Below are positions 1 through 9,269 of a stretch of 53,412 nt of DNA, in pieces. The position numbers and the translations under genes were made by a program. How positions within the stretch are numbered: position 1 is the stretch's first letter; every line of letters starts with the position of its first letter. The notes below the pieces were generated by a model. It was not told the DNA's origin, searched no databases, and saw only the letters and a program-made list of their open reading frames with translations. This DNA is from a virus (Duplodnaviria; Caudoviricetes): positions 1 through 53,412 of IMG/VR virus record IMGVR_UViG_3300032257_000017. The stretch is one strand, 5' to 3'.

Positions 1-126
1 TGATCGCGTCGTTGATGGCGTCGAAGTTGAAGCGAGGCATCTTAGCCCCGCGCAACTTCTCAGGGGCGGAGTGGTCCCGCAGGGTTCGCGCCGACCCAGG
101 CCCATCACCAGCGGGTGTTGGCGGGA
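1..126. repeat. Terminal overlap, identical to 53268-53393 (circular assembly overlap)
   Basis: Exact 126-nt match by direct comparison; the tape measure ORF reads in frame across the junction. Confidence 0.97.
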
Positions 127-1096
127 CGAACCCGACAGGGGGCAGCGGCCCGATGAACTCCTCCTCTTTCGTGATGAGTCGGAGCATCTTGAGGGCTGCT
201 GCCAACTTCGGAGAGACGACAGAGAACACGTTCCCAGCAGCGTTCCCCGCAAGAGTTGTGAAGAACGTTGCCGCCTTGTCAAAGGCTGAGTCGTTCAATT
301 CCGCTGCGAGGGCGCGCGCGAGTCCGATGCCCTTGGTGACGCTCGTGTTGAAGTTAGTCATCACGGGGATCAAGCCTTCAGCAAAGCTGTTCTCAAGACC
401 CTGCACGGCCACGTCGAGTTCCACGGTGGACGTGATGTAAGCCTCAGATGCCCTCATGGCCTCGTTGCTCATGTAACCGCCGAGGCGCCTCAGACTGGCG
501 TCCGCTTGGTCGAACGCCTCCGACCCCTGAAGGAACACATCCGCAGTCTCGGTACCCGCGCGCCCCAGCAGAAGCATGAGTGTGCCGGTTGCGTCTGCGC
601 CCTTCCCCATGTCCTTGATCCGGTCGGCCAAGTCCTTGGTCACGTCTACGACATTGCGAAGACGGCCATCCGCGCCCTTCGTCTTGATCTCCAAGTCCTC
701 GAACGCCTGAGCCATCCGCGTATTGCCGGTGGTCGAGTCGAGCATGTTCCGTTGAAGTCGCTTTAGACCCGCGCCCAACTTCGCAAAGTCAACCCGCGCG
801 CCAGATGCGAGGAAGGACAGTTGCTGCACCTCCTTGTTCGTCGTTCCGAGGACCCTCGACATCCGCGCGAACTCATCGCCGTTCTTCGCGACGGACTTAG
901 CGCTCTCCACCAGCGCCTTGCCAGCCTGAACGGTCGCCGTACCAACAGCCACGATCGCCACGCCAGCGGCCAGGAACTTGCCCTCCGCTGATGTGGCGAT
1001 CCTGCCCAACTTCCCGAACGCCGACCCGAGTGCCCGCATCTCCCGCTGGGCCTGCTTCGTGTCGGCGCTGAAGCCAATGGCGACCTTATCCGCCAT
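1..1096 (-). CDS. Tail tape measure protein, N-terminal part (continues at 53267-52510; ~617 aa total)
   Basis: ATG at 1096 gives MADKVAIGFSADTKQAQREMRALGSAFGKLG..., Ala/Gly-rich and helical; in frame with ORF 52510..53322 across the overlap; follows the tail chaperone. Confidence 0.9.
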   Translation of the reverse strand, partial: MADKVAIGFSADTKQAQREMRALGSAFGKLGRIATSAEGKFLAAGVAIVAVGTATVQAGKALVESAKSVAKNGDEFARMSRVLGTTNKEVQQLSFLASGARVDFAKLGAGLKRLQRNMLDSTTGNTRMAQAFEDLEIKTKGADGRLRNVVDVTKDLADRIKDMGKGADATGTLMLLLGRAGTETADVFLQGSEAFDQADASLRRLGGYMSNEAMRASEAYITSTVELDVAVQGLENSFAEGLIPVMTNFNTSVTKGIGLARALAAELNDSAFDKAATFFTTLAGNAAGNVFSVVSPKLAAALKMLRLITKEEEFIGPLPPVGFVPPTPAGDGPGSARTLRDHSAPEKLRGAKMPRFNFDAINDAI

Positions 1097-1550
1097 GAGT
1101 CCCCGCGTTCTGACGCTCCTCGCGCTGGGCGAGTTCAATCAGGCTGAACTCAGCCTCAAGCGTGGAGATAGCCTGCAACGTCCACGAGCACTGCTCTCCC
1201 GCCACTCCAGGCTCCGGCATCGTCCCGAACTGGCGCCAGTCCTTCCACCGCAGAAACGCAGCACGATACCGGTCAGCCGCCTCAGACGGGCATGAGCCAA
1301 TCTGACGGTCGGCCATCCTGTACCCCTGCGGGCGCATCTTTGGCGATGGTGCTGTCACTGGCGACACGAATCCCGAGCCCTTCTTCTTACAGGTTCCTTT
1401 GTTGCACCGATTCTCTGCGAAGAGGCGGCATCTTCCGTCCCATCCCGCGGCCCTGAACGTCTCGCGGATTTCCTTGCTGTCCGCGTCGTCTTCCACCATC
1501 CATTTGGCGATGGGGGAATCCTGATAGTTCAGCGCCGCTCTCAGTTTTTT
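1086..1550 (-). CDS. Tail assembly chaperone -1 frameshift extension (gpT-like part of gpGT)
   Basis: The -1 frame from A AAA AAC reads KLRAALNYQDSPIAKW into ORF MVEDDADSKE... and ends at the tape measure start. Confidence 0.8.
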   Translation of the reverse strand, partial: KKLRAALNYQDSPIAKWMVEDDADSKEIRETFRAAGWDGRCRLFAENRCNKGTCKKKGSGFVSPVTAPSPKMRPQGYRMADRQIGSCPSEAADRYRAAFLRWKDWRQFGTMPEPGVAGEQCSWTLQAISTLEAEFSLIELAQREERQNAGTHGG

Positions 1551-1951
1551 GAGTCGTCCTCCGTGAACTCCGAGCCGCTGGAGATGTAGTCAAGGACCTC
1601 TTGCCCAAGGTCGCTCTCCTCATCGCACAGCGCGAAAAACTCAGTGAGGCCGAGGTCCTTCTCACCGTCCTTGAATCCCTCCACCGCCGTTACGTGGTCC
1701 TTGAGGAAGTCCAGCCGGAACTTGGCAGCGGTCTCGATCAACTCCGACTGAGCCGCCTTGCGGGCCTCGGTCGTGGCAGCCTCGTCCTGTGCCGTCTCCG
1801 ACAGAGGCTTGATGACCTCCTGATAGTCGATGTAGTTCACAGCCCACGAGCGGCGCAGGGTCCTGTGGATGACCACAAGGGACTCGTCGTCGTCCCGGTT
1901 CCCGTTGAAGGTTGGCGTATATCGGCGTGTTCGCAGTCGGTTCAGGTCCAT
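1541..1951 (-). CDS. Tail assembly chaperone (gpG-like)
   Basis: 136 aa, acidic; lies between tail tube and tape measure; ends DDSKN at the slippery site; GGAG RBS. Confidence 0.82.
   Translation of the reverse strand: MDLNRLRTRRYTPTFNGNRDDDESLVVIHRTLRRSWAVNYIDYQEVIKPLSETAQDEAATTEARKAAQSELIETAAKFRLDFLKDHVTAVEGFKDGEKDLGLTEFFALCDEESDLGQEVLDYISSGSEFTEDDSKN
1544..1550 (-). promoter_or_regulatory. Programmed -1 ribosomal frameshift heptamer A AAA AAC
   Basis: X XXY YYZ heptamer immediately before the chaperone stop (TCA AAA AAC TGA); canonical position between tail tube and tape measure genes. Confidence 0.85.
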
Positions 1952-1990
1952 CTCGGCGCACTCCTTGATGGTGTTGGAAAGGGCACAGCG

Positions 1991-3385
1991 CTAGCCGTGC
2001 ATGAAAATCACTTCATCGTCTCCGCCGACCGTCACCGTGATGGCCTCGCCGGTCAGCGTCCACTTCATGTCCTCCTCGGAGAACGCGAAGTCAGGAACCT
2101 CGGGGTACATCTTCTGAACGATGGCCGCGATGACCGCGCCGGTAGCCTCGCCCTGCTGGGTGAACGCCTCGATGTGGTCACGGTTGAAGGCGTCCCGCAC
2201 GCGGTGGGCTGCCGTGGCGTTGTCGCTGAACGCCTCGATGGTCGGGGTCACGGTCCGCATGCCGTTGCTGTACCCGTCCACGGTCCACTCAGAGCCATGC
2301 ACGTTCTCTTCCGGCTGGCGTCCGAGGTCCACAGCAAAGGACGAGGATTCCTGGCGCGTCACCACGCCCGCGAGTATGGCCTTCCCACCGGTCGCTGGCA
2401 CCGGAGACCCTGCCCACGTCGGAGCAGGCTGGTAGGGGGTGATCACCGCGTTGTCAGCGTGCGCCGAGGCTGAGCCAGAGGGGGAGGCGCGAACCACAGT
2501 CAGGTCTGCGCCGCTCTTGGCCGTGACCTGGACGAACTCCTCAGCCGCGAGGCCCGGGGAGATGGTGAAGTAGTACGGATTGGATGCAGACACGTCGTCG
2601 GGCACCATGTCCGTGTTGTCCACGGTCACGGTCGTGGTGCTGTTGTCGATGCTGCCGTTCAGCGCACCCGCGTACATGATCGCGAACGTCTTACCCGTCA
2701 GGGTCACGGGGAACCGACCAGCCTCAGTGCCGCCGAGGCCGACGGAGAAGGCCGTGGCGTAGGCGCCTGTGATCTTCACCAGTTCGGCGTTGTTCCCGAG
2801 CCAGATGGTGGCAGACGAGGGCGTGGTGTCGCTGTCGCTGTTCGGCGCGTAGGCGATGCCAGAGACGACGGCCACCCCGTTGGTGGTCGGAGCCGTCACC
2901 ATCGGAGGCGTCACCGTGAAGTTGTTGGGGGATGAGCCCGTGTCCACGGCGGTGATGAGGCGCAGTTCGCCAGCCACCGTGATGCAGCCGCCCACGCTGT
3001 TCACAGAGGCGTCTGCCACGTCGACCTGAGTCGTCGTGCTGCTCGTGCCGCTGATGGTCGTGTCCGTGCCCGTGGTGGCCGTGAAGCCGCAGCACGTGAC
3101 GAGCAGGTCGGCCCAATCGGCAGCCGTCGCCGCGGTCCCACTGTTCAGGAAGAACGACTCAAGCTGCACCTCGGTCGTGCCCTTCTGCGCGATGCTGCCG
3201 TCCTTGCCCGCGGTGCAGTTCGCGTCAGGCCGGGCAATGCGCGGACGCTTGCCGGAGACAGACGCCGAGATGATGCGCAGAGCGTCAGCCGCTACCGGGT
3301 ATCCGGTCGGGTCCGTGCCGAAGACCGTCTCAGGGTTGATGTAGAGCTTGCGATACCGGCCAACGCCGTGGGTAGGTCCAGTCAT
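1991..3385 (-). CDS. Major tail tube protein with inserted beta-rich domains
   Basis: 464 aa from ATG 3385; tube-like N-terminus (LYINPETVFGT) and C-terminus; synteny before chaperone and tape measure. Confidence 0.75.
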   Translation of the reverse strand: MTGPTHGVGRYRKLYINPETVFGTDPTGYPVAADALRIISASVSGKRPRIARPDANCTAGKDGSIAQKGTTEVQLESFFLNSGTAATAADWADLLVTCCGFTATTGTDTTISGTSSTTTQVDVADASVNSVGGCITVAGELRLITAVDTGSSPNNFTVTPPMVTAPTTNGVAVVSGIAYAPNSDSDTTPSSATIWLGNNAELVKITGAYATAFSVGLGGTEAGRFPVTLTGKTFAIMYAGALNGSIDNSTTTVTVDNTDMVPDDVSASNPYYFTISPGLAAEEFVQVTAKSGADLTVVRASPSGSASAHADNAVITPYQPAPTWAGSPVPATGGKAILAGVVTRQESSSFAVDLGRQPEENVHGSEWTVDGYSNGMRTVTPTIEAFSDNATAAHRVRDAFNRDHIEAFTQQGEATGAVIAAIVQKMYPEVPDFAFSEEDMKWTLTGEAITVTVGGDDEVIFMHG

Positions 3386-3386
3386 G

Positions 3387-3944
3387 TCACGTCCCGGGGT
3401 AATCGCCAATGACCTCGACATCGAGCTCAATCAGCGGGAGGTAGTTGTATTCGTTCGAGCCGTCTTCCATGCCCATCGTCGCGCCGGTCACCATCGCCCG
3501 GTTCACCTTCGTGGGCATCACCGTCCCGCCGTTGTTCAGCGTGGAGCCGAACGCGCCGACGAGACCCGCGCGCATGAACATCCCGCACATGACCGTCACG
3601 TAGTGGGTGGCCGCGATGAGGCCAGCGTTCGCGCTCCCGTCCAGGGCAGACGCGGGGACAAAGATGCCGATAGCAATCTGGTGAATCACCATGCGCGAGT
3701 TGTTCAGCGTCTCTGGACCGTTGCCGACCCACTGCGCGCCGACGTTGACGCCCGCCACCGTGCTCTGTGAGCCGAGGATGAACGGACTGTGGAAGTCCTG
3801 AACGAGCGGGAGCGCGTCCGAGGCGATGCCCTTGTCCGTCCGGTACAGCGTGATTTCGGAGTTGTACGAGACCGCGGGCGTCGTGTCGTTCTGCAAGAAC
3901 TCCAGCAACGTCGCGAGTACGTCGTTTCCGCCGTAGTAACTCAT
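3387..3944 (-). CDS. Putative tail terminator / neck protein
   Basis: 185 aa; between the morphogenesis gene and tail tube; ATGA coupling. Confidence 0.55.
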   Translation of the reverse strand: MSYYGGNDVLATLLEFLQNDTTPAVSYNSEITLYRTDKGIASDALPLVQDFHSPFILGSQSTVAGVNVGAQWVGNGPETLNNSRMVIHQIAIGIFVPASALDGSANAGLIAATHYVTVMCGMFMRAGLVGAFGSTLNNGGTVMPTKVNRAMVTGATMGMEDGSNEYNYLPLIELDVEVIGDYPGT

Positions 3945-4552
3945 CGGGTCTGCCTGCGGGAGATCTTCTTCAGCGACTCGCCCTGCTTCGCGATAGCGCG
4001 CGCATCCCAGACACGGTTGGTCAGGTTCACCCGCCGCTTGTTGATGATGAGCAACTGAGCCATGTCCTTCATGGCGCCGCCGAGGCTGTTCTGCGCGCGG
4101 ATGTCAGCGTCAAACTGCATCGGAGGACGGGCGACCATGCGGGATGTGCCCGTCTGGTGGTACCCGGCAATCCGGCCCACATCGCCCCGAGTGCCGACCT
4201 CGTGACTCTTCTTCGTGGAGCGCACACGCGAGCCGGAGCCTCCCTTTACCATTGCTCGCCGTAGTGCGCCGGTCTGCACCAGTATCGGGAGACCCGGCGA
4301 CTTGCGAGCCAAAGTAGCGGGGCGCAGCGGGCGCCAACGGGTCCGAACACCGCCGCCCGTAGCAGCACCCTCAGACGAGAAAGTGCGCCCGTGGTGGCGA
4401 CGGATGAGCGACGTGAGCGGCTTCCACATCGGGGAGAAGTCGTCAATGGCCTTGGCCCAGTCCTCCATGCCAACGGCCAACTGGTGACCGCCCGGCTCCA
4501 TGGTGACCGAGATAGACCGCGAGACCTTCCCGCTGAGAGGAGAGCGAGCCAT
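3941..4552 (-). CDS. Phage virion morphogenesis protein (Mu gpG / P2 gpS-like)
   Basis: Motifs WRPLRPATL..K, PILVQTGALRRA and YHQTGTSRMVARP are characteristic of the family. Confidence 0.85.
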   Translation of the reverse strand: MARSPLSGKVSRSISVTMEPGGHQLAVGMEDWAKAIDDFSPMWKPLTSLIRRHHGRTFSSEGAATGGGVRTRWRPLRPATLARKSPGLPILVQTGALRRAMVKGGSGSRVRSTKKSHEVGTRGDVGRIAGYHQTGTSRMVARPPMQFDADIRAQNSLGGAMKDMAQLLIINKRRVNLTNRVWDARAIAKQGESLKKISRRQTR

Positions 4553-5088
4553 TACAGCGGCTCCCCGTCCTGAATCACGGGCAACGCAGGCACGTACAGC
4601 GCGCCAGTTCCTGGCGTCGTGTCGATGTTCGGGTTCTTCCAGTCGAGCCAGTCCGAGGAAGCGAAGCCGGAAGACGGGAGGTTCACGGCGACACCGCCAC
4701 CGCCGATGATGGCGAGACGGAAGTTCCGATCCTTCAACTTCATCAACTCATCGTTGGCACACTGCAACAGGCGGTCTGCTGTGCTGTCTCCGCTGCTGCC
4801 CGTGACGCCCATGGGCTTCGTCCCGCGAGAGCCCTTCTCAAGCATCACGAGACCACTGGTCAACTTGCCCTCGACCATCCACACCCACTGCTCAGACGAT
4901 GAGTCAGCGGTGAACGTGAGGCCGATGCCAGCCATGCGGAGATGGGTCGCGACCTTGCCCCACGCCTGATTCCAGATGAGGTCAGCCTGCGCGGCGGTCG
5001 GTGTCGTCGTCGTCGTCAACGTCGCCAACTGAGGCTGGGCGTAGACGAGGGCAGAGGCGATGTCTGGATTGAAGGGCGTTACCGCCAT
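4552..5088 (-). CDS. Putative head-tail adaptor (Mu gp36-like position)
   Basis: 178 aa, helical; directly upstream of the morphogenesis gene. Confidence 0.55.
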   Translation of the reverse strand: MAVTPFNPDIASALVYAQPQLATLTTTTTPTAAQADLIWNQAWGKVATHLRMAGIGLTFTADSSSEQWVWMVEGKLTSGLVMLEKGSRGTKPMGVTGSSGDSTADRLLQCANDELMKLKDRNFRLAIIGGGGVAVNLPSSGFASSDWLDWKNPNIDTTPGTGALYVPALPVIQDGEPL

Positions 5089-5091
5089 CGG

Positions 5092-5310
5092 CTAACCCTT
5101 CTTGTCGGCCTTCTTGCTCGACTTCTTTTGGGGTGCGGGAACGGGAACCTCGACCGCCTGCTTACGACGGAGGAAGCGCTCGGCGTTGTCCGAGTCCACC
5201 TGGAACCCTTCACCCGCCTTGATGGTGGCCTTCGGGTCGCCGTTGGAGTCGAGAAGGCCCCCGCCGTGGTTCGTGAGGCGTGTCTTCGCGATGAGGCGCA
5301 CGAGGCTCAC
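5092..5310 (-). CDS. Small hypothetical head-associated protein
   Basis: 72 aa with Lys-rich tail; the IKAGEGFQVDSDNAERFL pattern is typical of small ORFs after capsid genes. Confidence 0.6.
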   Translation of the reverse strand: MSLVRLIAKTRLTNHGGGLLDSNGDPKATIKAGEGFQVDSDNAERFLRRKQAVEVPVPAPQKKSSKKADKKG

Positions 5311-5708
5311 AGGGAGACCCCGAGAGCCTTCAGGGCGCGCTTGTAGTGCCCCTGAGCAGTCTGGCCCTTGCGGGAGTCTGCGGCGTGCATCGCGCGGATG
5401 TACTCCTCAGACTGACCGTCAAGATGAGCGGCCAACTTCCCGAGGGAGGGCAGGCGCTCTGGCATCTCCAGAGGCGCGCCCGCACCCTCGTCATCAGCCG
5501 GGGGGACAGCCTCAGACTCGACGGGTGCGGGGGCCTCCGAGGGCGCCGGGAGCGAGTCCGGCGATGGGGAGGGGATCGGCTCAATCGTGCCGTCCGCGAG
5601 GTACAGCGCGACATCCGCAGGGATGAGCCAGTCACACGGAGAAGGGTGCCCGGATGCGCCTCCCTCGTGCTGAATGGTTCTACCTGGGGCGATTCGGTAT
5701 GCAGTCAT
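5307..5708 (-). CDS. Hypothetical protein (Pro-rich linker, helical C-terminus)
   Basis: 133 aa; GGAG RBS; coupled to the next gene. Confidence 0.6.
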   Translation of the reverse strand: MTAYRIAPGRTIQHEGGASGHPSPCDWLIPADVALYLADGTIEPIPSPSPDSLPAPSEAPAPVESEAVPPADDEGAGAPLEMPERLPSLGKLAAHLDGQSEEYIRAMHAADSRKGQTAQGHYKRALKALGVSL

Positions 5709-5733
5709 CGGGGCGCACTCCCTTCAGAGTTGC

Positions 5734-6186
5734 TTACGAGAGGGCGACGGAGCCGTTGTTGTTCGTCACTTCCCAGGCGAGGACTCCAGCCAACTGGATG
5801 GCCTCGACTGTGAGGTTCTGACGCGCCGTCGCGAAGGTCGCGATGGTGTTGCCCGCCACGTTGATGGCGCTGGCGAACGTGATCACACGGTCACCGCCTC
5901 CGTCCACGTCGAGGCAGAACATCAACTTCTGGCCGAGGAACGTCGGGATCGCGACCGTATTGGTCTCGCCAGACGCGCCCGTGGTGATGGCGATGATCAC
6001 CGAGTCGGTCACGGGGACAGCCTCGCCCGTTCCCGGGTCGGCCAGCGCCTCAAGGACAGTGGATGCAATGATGCCGCCGTCGAAGACTGACTCGCCAGTG
6101 AAGGTGCTAGCACCGTCCACTGTGAGCGTGCTCTTGAGCGTCAGGTCACTCTTGACCGTCTTCAGTGATGCTGCGAGTGCAGTCAT
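5734..6186 (-). CDS. Putative virion structural / decoration protein
   Basis: 150 aa, Thr/Ala/Val-rich beta-like; directly after the major capsid gene. Confidence 0.6.
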   Translation of the reverse strand: MTALAASLKTVKSDLTLKSTLTVDGASTFTGESVFDGGIIASTVLEALADPGTGEAVPVTDSVIIAITTGASGETNTVAIPTFLGQKLMFCLDVDGGGDRVITFASAINVAGNTIATFATARQNLTVEAIQLAGVLAWEVTNNNGSVALS

Positions 6187-6195
6187 TGGATGCCC

Positions 6196-7149
6196 CTAGT
6201 CGATGACCGTGGTGAACAGGTAGGCGGAAGCAGCCGAGGTGACCACGCGGTCCTCGAGGGCCGACGCGAGAACGATGTCGGTGCGGGGCTCCTCGCGGTA
6301 CTTCTCGACCTGAAGGCCCTTGCTCTTGTGCTGGAACGTGAAGCCACAGCCGCGGGGCATCATCGGGGAGACGGGCGACTCTTCGCGGTAGAAGATCAGC
6401 GCCGACTTGCCCCAGATGTAGGCGTTGCTCTCGGTCTGGCCTTCCTTGGCGGTGTTCCCGACGGCTCCGCCGACGATGACCTCCTTGAGGTTCAGAGCCG
6501 AGGCCAACTGAGCCCGGTTCATGGTGGTCATGCCCGGGTTGCCAGCGCGGAAGAACTGCATCAGCGCATCGTTGCGCCGCAGGACGTTCCACGTCTGCTG
6601 GTTGATCTGAAGACTCAACTGCTCCTGCGGGATCCCGACGGCCGTCTGGACCGTCTCGGCGGCGGCGTCGATGTTCGGGCGGGGGTCCACACCAGCCTTG
6701 TCCCAGCGCAGAGCCGACGCGAGCGCCGAAGTCTGCGTGATGACCGATGCCGAGTTCATCAGCGCAGCAGCGTCACGCTCACGTTCGATCATCAGGTCGG
6801 CAGTAGCGAGGGCGGTAGCCGCCTCGTTCAGCGAGACCTCATCATCAGAGGCGAAGGTCTTGTCGATGTCATCTACGGGGGCCTCGATGCCCCACTCTTC
6901 GAGCGTGTAGGCGCTCGTCTTCGTGAGGTCCAGCGCCAGCCGGTTGAACTGCGCGCCAGAGCCACGCTTGAGGCCCTGAGTGGGGCTGGCGTAGCGGAAT
7001 CCCGCGCTGATGCTGTTGAACGATCCGGTTCGCCCGGAGACGGGGATCGGCGGCATCACAAGATCCGCGATGAACATGTCAAGCGGGTTGCGGTTGAGGA
7101 CAGCGAACGCGGTCAGCGCGCGGTCAAAGAACTTGGAACGATCGACCAT
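6196..7149 (-). CDS. Major capsid protein (HK97 fold, gpE-like)
   Basis: 317 aa; FIADLVMPPIPV, YIWGKSALIFY and GFTF motifs; AAGGAG RBS; follows protease and cement genes. Confidence 0.9.
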   Translation of the reverse strand: MVDRSKFFDRALTAFAVLNRNPLDMFIADLVMPPIPVSGRTGSFNSISAGFRYASPTQGLKRGSGAQFNRLALDLTKTSAYTLEEWGIEAPVDDIDKTFASDDEVSLNEAATALATADLMIERERDAAALMNSASVITQTSALASALRWDKAGVDPRPNIDAAAETVQTAVGIPQEQLSLQINQQTWNVLRRNDALMQFFRAGNPGMTTMNRAQLASALNLKEVIVGGAVGNTAKEGQTESNAYIWGKSALIFYREESPVSPMMPRGCGFTFQHKSKGLQVEKYREEPRTDIVLASALEDRVVTSAASAYLFTTVID

Positions 7150-7173
7150 GACGGGGTTTCTCCTTGATCCGCG

Positions 7174-7557
7174 CTAGTTGAGCTGGATGCCGAGGGTGAG
7201 GGTCACAGGGACGACATCGCCAACGACGCCATCCTCTTCGGCAATGCCGACGATGTAGTCGCCAGAGGCAGCAGCCACGAGCAGGCCACTCGCGTCGGAC
7301 GCAACATGCGCGCCCTCCACGACGGTCCCGCCGCACTTGACCTCGGTGATTCCCTCCTTGCACACGGGAACCTCCGCGGCAGTGGTCGAGCCGTCCACAC
7401 CGTTCTGGGTGCAGATGCCGAACGGGATGATGGTCGCGCCAGCGCCAGCGAGCACGACGCGGCTGGACGTGTTCATCTGGAGGATCTTGTACTTCCCGGC
7501 GCTGAGATCCGCGCTGGTGAGGTAGGTCTTGGTCAGGAGGCGGTTGTTGTAGGCCAT
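7174..7557 (-). CDS. Capsid cement / decoration protein (DUF2190-like)
   Basis: 127 aa; GITEVKCGGTV..GAHVASDASG and VGIAEEDG..GDVVPVTL patterns. Confidence 0.8.
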   Translation of the reverse strand: MAYNNRLLTKTYLTSADLSAGKYKILQMNTSSRVVLAGAGATIIPFGICTQNGVDGSTTAAEVPVCKEGITEVKCGGTVVEGAHVASDASGLLVAAASGDYIVGIAEEDGVVGDVVPVTLTLGIQLN

Positions 7558-7566
7558 TGTCTTCTC

Positions 7567-8748
7567 CTACTCGGTCTTGCGAGCGGTGTATGCGGCGTTG
7601 CGCTGGTCGAGGGTGGCTTCACGCGCGATGGCGTATGCCTTGCGCTCGTCACCGTCGGAGTCTGCGAGGGCCACCGCGTAAGCGGCCTCCCACTGCGAGT
7701 TGGCGTCGGTCTTGACGGAGGCGCCCTCATCGACCTTGGCGTCCGTCAGGACGATGGGGGCCACCGCGATGGTGTCGGCGGGGTGGCGGCTCTCCGCGTA
7801 CTCCTGCCCCATCACCTTGAACGCCTTGAGGTAGATGGCACCTTCCGAGAGGGCGATGCGGCCTGCGGACACGGCGTCATCGATGATGCGCTTGTCTGCG
7901 GCCTTCTCGTGGGTCTCGATCTCGCCCTTGAGCCCGTCCCGCACATCAGCGAGCGCGGCCACGTCGGCGGTCAGCAGTTCGACCTTCTCCTCAAGGCCCG
8001 GGACCTTCGCGGCCTCGTCTCGGAGCGCGATGATCTTCTCGATCTGCTTGTCTGCGGCGTCACCTTCGGCAAGGCCGAGGACGCCGTTGAGTGCATCGGT
8101 CATGGGGTTCTTCTCCATGGGGGTGTGAATCTTGAGAGGCAACTGAGCGGGGGCAGTGAGCGGCCTGCCGTCGAGGTGAACCACGAGGGCGTCGGACGCT
8201 GCAACCTGCTGCATGCCTCGGACAAAGGGCTGATTGGTGAGCGTGCCGCCGAAGGGCACCCACTCTTCGATGACTGTCTCGTCACGGCGCTGGACGGAGC
8301 CAGGGGGCGCAGCATCGACGCTGTACCCTCGGAGCGAGTCGGCGCGGACGTTCGCCTGAGCAATCGGCGTGAACGTGTGCAGACCCATCAGGGAAAGCCC
8401 GCCCTCGTCGTTCTGCTCTGCGCGGACCTCGGAGAAGTTCGCCATATCCCCGAGAATTGGCTCGCCACCCGTGAGGGTCAGTTTCGCGGCGTCGAACTCG
8501 GAGTGATTCAGGCCGACCGGCGCCATCCCACCAGCGAAGAACCCGTCACCCTTGGCAATCGCGAACCCGCGCACCATGGAGAGGATGTCTTCGTCAGAGA
8601 GCGGGACCACGGACTGGCCGGAGGTCGCAGTGCCTCCAGCGCGGCGGGAGACGTGCATACCGGCGCGAGTCATCTCGACCCACTTGGGGCCGTCGTCTGG
8701 CTCGGCAAGGGCAACCGGAGAGGTCGCCTCTGTATTCATGTTCGCCAC
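7567..8748 (-). CDS. Mu-like prohead protease fused to scaffold
   Basis: Mu-type protease motifs LNH, GYS and GGTLTNQPFVRGM; coiled-coil C-terminal half with DDAVSAGRI. Confidence 0.85.
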   Translation of the reverse strand: MANMNTEATSPVALAEPDDGPKWVEMTRAGMHVSRRAGGTATSGQSVVPLSDEDILSMVRGFAIAKGDGFFAGGMAPVGLNHSEFDAAKLTLTGGEPILGDMANFSEVRAEQNDEGGLSLMGLHTFTPIAQANVRADSLRGYSVDAAPPGSVQRRDETVIEEWVPFGGTLTNQPFVRGMQQVAASDALVVHLDGRPLTAPAQLPLKIHTPMEKNPMTDALNGVLGLAEGDAADKQIEKIIALRDEAAKVPGLEEKVELLTADVAALADVRDGLKGEIETHEKAADKRIIDDAVSAGRIALSEGAIYLKAFKVMGQEYAESRHPADTIAVAPIVLTDAKVDEGASVKTDANSQWEAAYAVALADSDGDERKAYAIAREATLDQRNAAYTARKTE

Positions 8749-8790
8749 GTGGGGGAGGCTAAACCGACCATTCGAAAACGGGCAATGTCA
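8749..8790 (-). promoter_or_regulatory. Putative leaderless promoter of the protease/capsid operon
   Basis: TTGCCC-18-TAGCCT-7nt-GTG; no SD before the start. Confidence 0.5.
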
Positions 8791-8830
8791 GGAAAACGAC
8801 CGTACCGCACTTGTTGGTTAATCGCGAGAC

Positions 8831-8866
8831 TTCCGCTTGTGTCTATCTCGCAAGGTGTGCTACAAT
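8831..8866 (+). promoter_or_regulatory. Sigma70-like promoter, partial cassette copy
   Basis: TTCCGC-TTGTGT-18-TACAAT with an extended TG. Confidence 0.5.
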
Positions 8867-8894
8867 GCAGTGTCAGGCTCTGGCTGGCTTGTGT

Positions 8895-8992
8895 CTTTCT
8901 TTGCTTTTCTCACACTTTCGCTTGTGCTTATCTGAGGGTCAGCTATAACTAACTCACTGGAGGCAACGAAGCACTCCAAAGGAGCCGACACC
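8895..8992 (+). promoter_or_regulatory. Promoter-leader cassette copy 1
   Basis: Pyrimidine tract, TTGTGC-16-TATAAC, CTGGAGG 13 nt after the -10 start, GGAG..CTCC hairpin, AAGGAG RBS. Confidence 0.75.
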
Positions 8993-9220
8993 ATGGAAAT
9001 CACGAACGCCCAGACCGCAGCCGCCTACATCGCCACCGGAATCCGAATGGGCATCGTCCGCGAGGCCATCGCCGGACTAGTCATGCGGGACGCCATCATG
9101 AGCGCGAACGCTCAGCGGTATGGCAACGACGCCATCCTCGACAATCTGGAGGCCATCGGGGTCCTCAAGGGCGCCTACTTCGCCAAGCGCGGTGTCGCAT
9201 GGACGCCCCTCGCGGCATGA
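8993..9220 (+). CDS. Small hypothetical protein (cassette 1)
   Basis: 75 aa; strong RBS; own promoter and downstream hairpin. Confidence 0.75.
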   Translation: MEITNAQTAAAYIATGIRMGIVREAIAGLVMRDAIMSANAQRYGNDAILDNLEAIGVLKGAYFAKRGVAWTPLAA

Positions 9221-9239
9221 ACGGGCGACCATGGAGGCG

Positions 9240-9255
9240 GGGCCCTTCGGGGCCC
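9240..9255 (+). terminator. GC hairpin with cUUCGg loop after cassette 1
   Basis: GGGCCC-TTCG-GGGCCC; weak U-tract. Confidence 0.5.
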
Positions 9256-9269
9256 ATGCTACTTGGGCA

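Noticed and set aside
7306-8952. 548-aa plus-strand ORF, and similar long antisense ORFs such as 6190-7167 and 1601-2473
   Set aside because: Shadow frames opposite well-supported structural genes in high-GC DNA; no motifs or RBS.
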